In this document: piece by piece, positions 37,480-39,998 of the stretch
Numbering within the stretch: position 1 is the stretch's first letter
Layout: the number at the start of each line of letters is the position of its first letter
Translations under genes and position numbers: made by a program
From: a virus
Virus record (IMG/VR): IMGVR_UViG_3300035039_000082
Coordinates: 1-39,998 of that record
Reading direction: 5' to 3' (one strand)
DNA length: 39,998 nt
Notes under the pieces: model-generated
The model's input: the letters and a program-made list of their open reading frames with translations, nothing else
Told to the model about the DNA's origin: nothing
Database searches by the model: none

Positions 37480-37560
37480 TATATTTTTTGAGTTTTATCA
37501 AATTTTATATATAAATAATATAAATAGTGTTTTAAATTTTTTAAAAAGGAGATTTTTTAA

Positions 37561-37899
37561 ATGGCGAATCAAGACATTTTTTCTAAGAGTGATTTAGTAG
37601 AAGCAGTTAGATTAAAAGCTAATTTTACTAAATTAGAAGCTGAAAAAGCAATTAACTTTGTTTTTGAAACAATTCAGGAACAGGTTAAAGAAGACAAATC
37701 TATTCAGATTAGAGATTTTGGTGTATTTTCATTGGTCCATCAAGCGGCTTATACTGCAAGGAATCCAAGAACAGGAGAACCTGTACAGGTTCCAGATCGG
37801 GTAAATATTAAATTTAAACCTTCTAAAAATCTGAAAGCTTATTTGAATAATGCTGAAATTTCAGATGATGAAATTGAAGCAGAATCAACTGAAGATTAA
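37561..37899 (+). CDS. HU/IHF-family DNA-binding protein with an acidic tail
   Basis: KSDLVEAV, IQIRDFGVF, ARNPRTGEPVQVP, FKPSKNLK. Confidence 0.95.
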   Translation: MANQDIFSKSDLVEAVRLKANFTKLEAEKAINFVFETIQEQVKEDKSIQIRDFGVFSLVHQAAYTARNPRTGEPVQVPDRVNIKFKPSKNLKAYLNNAEISDDEIEAESTED

Positions 37900-37908
37900 T
37901 TAGAATTT

Positions 37909-37951
37909 TAGTAGTCCTAATATTGTTAGAAATGGCATATTAGGACTACTA
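37909..37951 (+). terminator. Hairpin after the HU gene
   Basis: TAGTAGTCCTAATAT...ATATTAGGACTACTA. Confidence 0.7.
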
Positions 37952-37986
37952 TTTAATTTTTAACTTTTTAATTCTGAAGGAGGTTC

Positions 37987-39998
37987 ATGGAGACTATTCC
38001 ATTAGAACAAGTTTTAAATCAATTAGAACTTGGGGAATTATCATATAATCAATTTTATAATGCTGAAATTGAAGCATCACAATATTTTTCGATAAAACAT
38101 TATCATAGTTATCCAAAAGATAATATGGATAAAGATCAAATATTAAAAATATTATTTGCAGATATTGAAGTATATAAATGTGATTTAGAAATATTTAGAA
38201 AGAAAAAAGAGTCATCTGGTCCTATTAATGCTATAACATTTTTTGATAATATATCAAAATGTTATTATGTTTTTGTATTACTTATGATGACTAAAAATTA
38301 TAATCTTATTGATGTTAAAAATCCAAACAAATATGTTCAAGAATATAAAAAAGAATTATTAGAAAATAAGTATATAAAAGAAGATGAAGATATAAAAATA
38401 TTTTTTTATATTGATGAAGAACTGAAAATGCTTGAAGATATGTGGACTTTAATTCATAAAATAGATCCGGCAATTTTAACTGGATTTAATAGTCATTATT
38501 TTGACTATCCATATATTTATTATAGATTAAAAGTTTTATATAATGGAAATGAAGATCAAGTTCATAAATTAATGAGTAAATTTGGAATAGTTAAAAATCG
38601 AAGTTATGCAATGGGTACATTGTTTTCGATTCCTGAGTATCCAATATGTGATTTACGTAGACTCTATATGCCGAGAGATGAATCAGGTTAATCGTATGAT
38701 TAGACCAATTTATCAGTAATGATAATTTTAAAAATTTCGTGAATTGCTGGAATATCCTTAGAGCTTATTATACTACAACGTGACTTGAAAAGGTGAGCGT
38801 GAAAGTTTAAAAAATAATAAGATTGGACAATCAGCAGCCAAGACTCTAAGTAGATTTCGCTAATCTATATGAGTAAGGTTCAACGACTATCCCTTTTGGG
38901 AGTACACTCAAGCGAGTGGAAGTGCGAGACATCCTATATAAAAAGATAGAGGTAATAATATGGAAGATTATAATAAAATGAATTATACTACTAAAATTTT
39001 AAAACGATTTTGGTCCAAAGTAATAATACCAGACGATTATATTAATCAATGTTGGATATGGACAGGATATATAAATAATGGATATGGTTCGGTTTATGTG
39101 AATGGTAAACAAATTAGAGCTCATATATTTTCATATCAATCATATAATGGCCCTTTCCCAAAGAATTTATTAATTCGACATACATGTGATATTAAAACTT
39201 GTGTAAATCCAAATCATTTATTAATTGGTACACATCAAGATAATATGGATGATGCTGTTGAACGTAATAAAATAGCACATGGTGAAAAACAAGGAATATC
39301 GATCTTAACTGAAAATAAGGTTAAATTCATTTTAACATCTTTATTAAATGATACATATAGTTCAAGACAATTAGCAAATATGTTTGGTGTTAAACGTACA
39401 ACAATTAATAAAATATCTTCTGGTCGAAATTGGAAAAGAGTATATGATACTTTTTCTAATGATGAAAAGAAAAAAATAAGATATAATATTAGTAATAATG
39501 CTGGTAATCCAAGAGTTATTTCACCAAATAATGTTAAATTAATGAGAGAAATTTTTGAAAATAATAAAATTTCTTATGATAAAATTGCAAATCAATTTAA
39601 TATAGCGACAATGACAGCTTATAATATAATTAATAGAAAAAGTTGGAAACATATTTAATAATATATAGGATGATGATATAGTCTGATCTATATGGTAACA
39701 TATAGCTGGATGATAATTCCGGAGGGTGATTAGCGATCTCCCTTGAACATAATGTAAATTATGGAAAGAAATTAAGTCAATATTCTTTAGATTCTATTTC
39801 AGAAAAAGAATTAGATATTAAAAAAATTGAATACGCAGATACTGGAATGAATTTAGATCAATTATATGAAAGAGATCCAGTAACATTTATTAAATATAAT
39901 ATTGGTGATGTTGCACTTTGTGTAAGATTAAATGAAAAATTAAAACATATTGAATTGCATAATATGTTAAGAAGAGATATGAAAACACCATTTAGTTC
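37987..39998 (+). CDS. Split family-B DNA polymerase, 3'-5' exonuclease-containing piece: exon 1 37987-38689, exon 2 39755->39998 (runs off the window)
   Basis: ExoI FADIEVY, ExoII TGFNSHYFDYPYI; spliced junction ...RDESG-L-NYGKKLSQYSLDSISEKEL...YNIGDV (ExoIII). Confidence 0.9.
38690..39754 (+). mobile_element. Group I intron (1065 nt) in the PolB exonuclease gene, ORF in the P8 loop
   Basis: P1 GGTT/GACC with U.G. AATTGCTGGAA, AATCAGCAG, GTTCAACGACTA. P7 GACTA(38885)/TAGTC(39679). P8 CATCCTATATA(38930)/TATATAGGATG(39662). Terminal G at 39754. Splicing restores the frame. Confidence 0.92.
38960..39658 (+). CDS. Intron-encoded HNH homing endonuclease
   Basis: RFWSKV, CWIWTG..NGYG, RAH, HTCDIKTCVNPNHLLIGT..DNMDD; terminal NRKSWKHI. 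Confidence 0.93.
   Translation: MEDYNKMNYTTKILKRFWSKVIIPDDYINQCWIWTGYINNGYGSVYVNGKQIRAHIFSYQSYNGPFPKNLLIRHTCDIKTCVNPNHLLIGTHQDNMDDAVERNKIAHGEKQGISILTENKVKFILTSLLNDTYSSRQLANMFGVKRTTINKISSGRNWKRVYDTFSNDEKKKIRYNISNNAGNPRVISPNNVKLMREIFENNKISYDKIANQFNIATMTAYNIINRKSWKHI

Noticed and set aside
872-37517. TTTATATA as an archaeal TATA box, implying an archaeal virus
   Set aside because: HU, bacterial-type tRNA-Pro, a group I rather than bulge-helix-bulge tRNA intron and uniform AGGAG RBSs favour a bacterial host; not formally excluded
175-37748. GCCGCTT as a known uptake or Chi sequence
   Set aside because: Does not match the Neisseria DUS (GCCGTCTGAA), the Haemophilus USS (AAGTGCGGT) or E. coli Chi (GCTGGTGG); only the distribution pattern is analogous
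37987-38691. Stand-alone 234-aa exonuclease
   Set aside because: The stop lies at the 5' splice site of a group I intron and the frame continues at 39755

Overview
Very AT-rich fragment of a large (jumbo-type) dsDNA bacteriophage genome. Every credible gene is on the + strand, with AGGAG-type ribosome-binding sites. From left to right: (1) about 1-10.5 kb is an early/accessory region of single-gene promoter-gene-hairpin cassettes. It includes a GC-rich MYG1-family nuclease, KH(S3)-like and L7/L12-like domains, two ORF-less structured RNA candidates (one with two H-type pseudoknots) and a 1.5 kb non-coding origin-like tract. (2) A tRNA cluster: Leu-UAA interrupted by a group I intron at the cyanobacterial/plastid trnL position, a free-standing HNH endonuclease, Gln-UUG, a CAU tRNA and Pro-UGG. 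(3) Primase, a GyrA/ParC-like subunit, a clamp-loader ATPase and a metallophosphoesterase. (4) A nicotinamidase-vWA-PP2C-kinase (TerY-P-like) cluster. (5) A replication module with a small divergent PolB-like palm protein, a GyrB/ParE-like subunit, an SF2 helicase, HU and a family-B DNA polymerase apparently broken into at least three separately encoded, out-of-order pieces. These pieces are an N-terminal-domain fragment fused behind clamp-loader-like and UDG-like domains, a motif C/thumb piece with a LAGLIDADG intein, and an exonuclease piece with an HNH-encoding group I intron. Two dispersed DNA motifs recur across the window: a promoter-like (T/C)ATATATAAAT(A/T) and an unexplained, strongly over-represented GCCGCTT word found singly, as inverted pairs and inside coding sequence. 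All family assignments come from motif recognition by eye, not from database searches.
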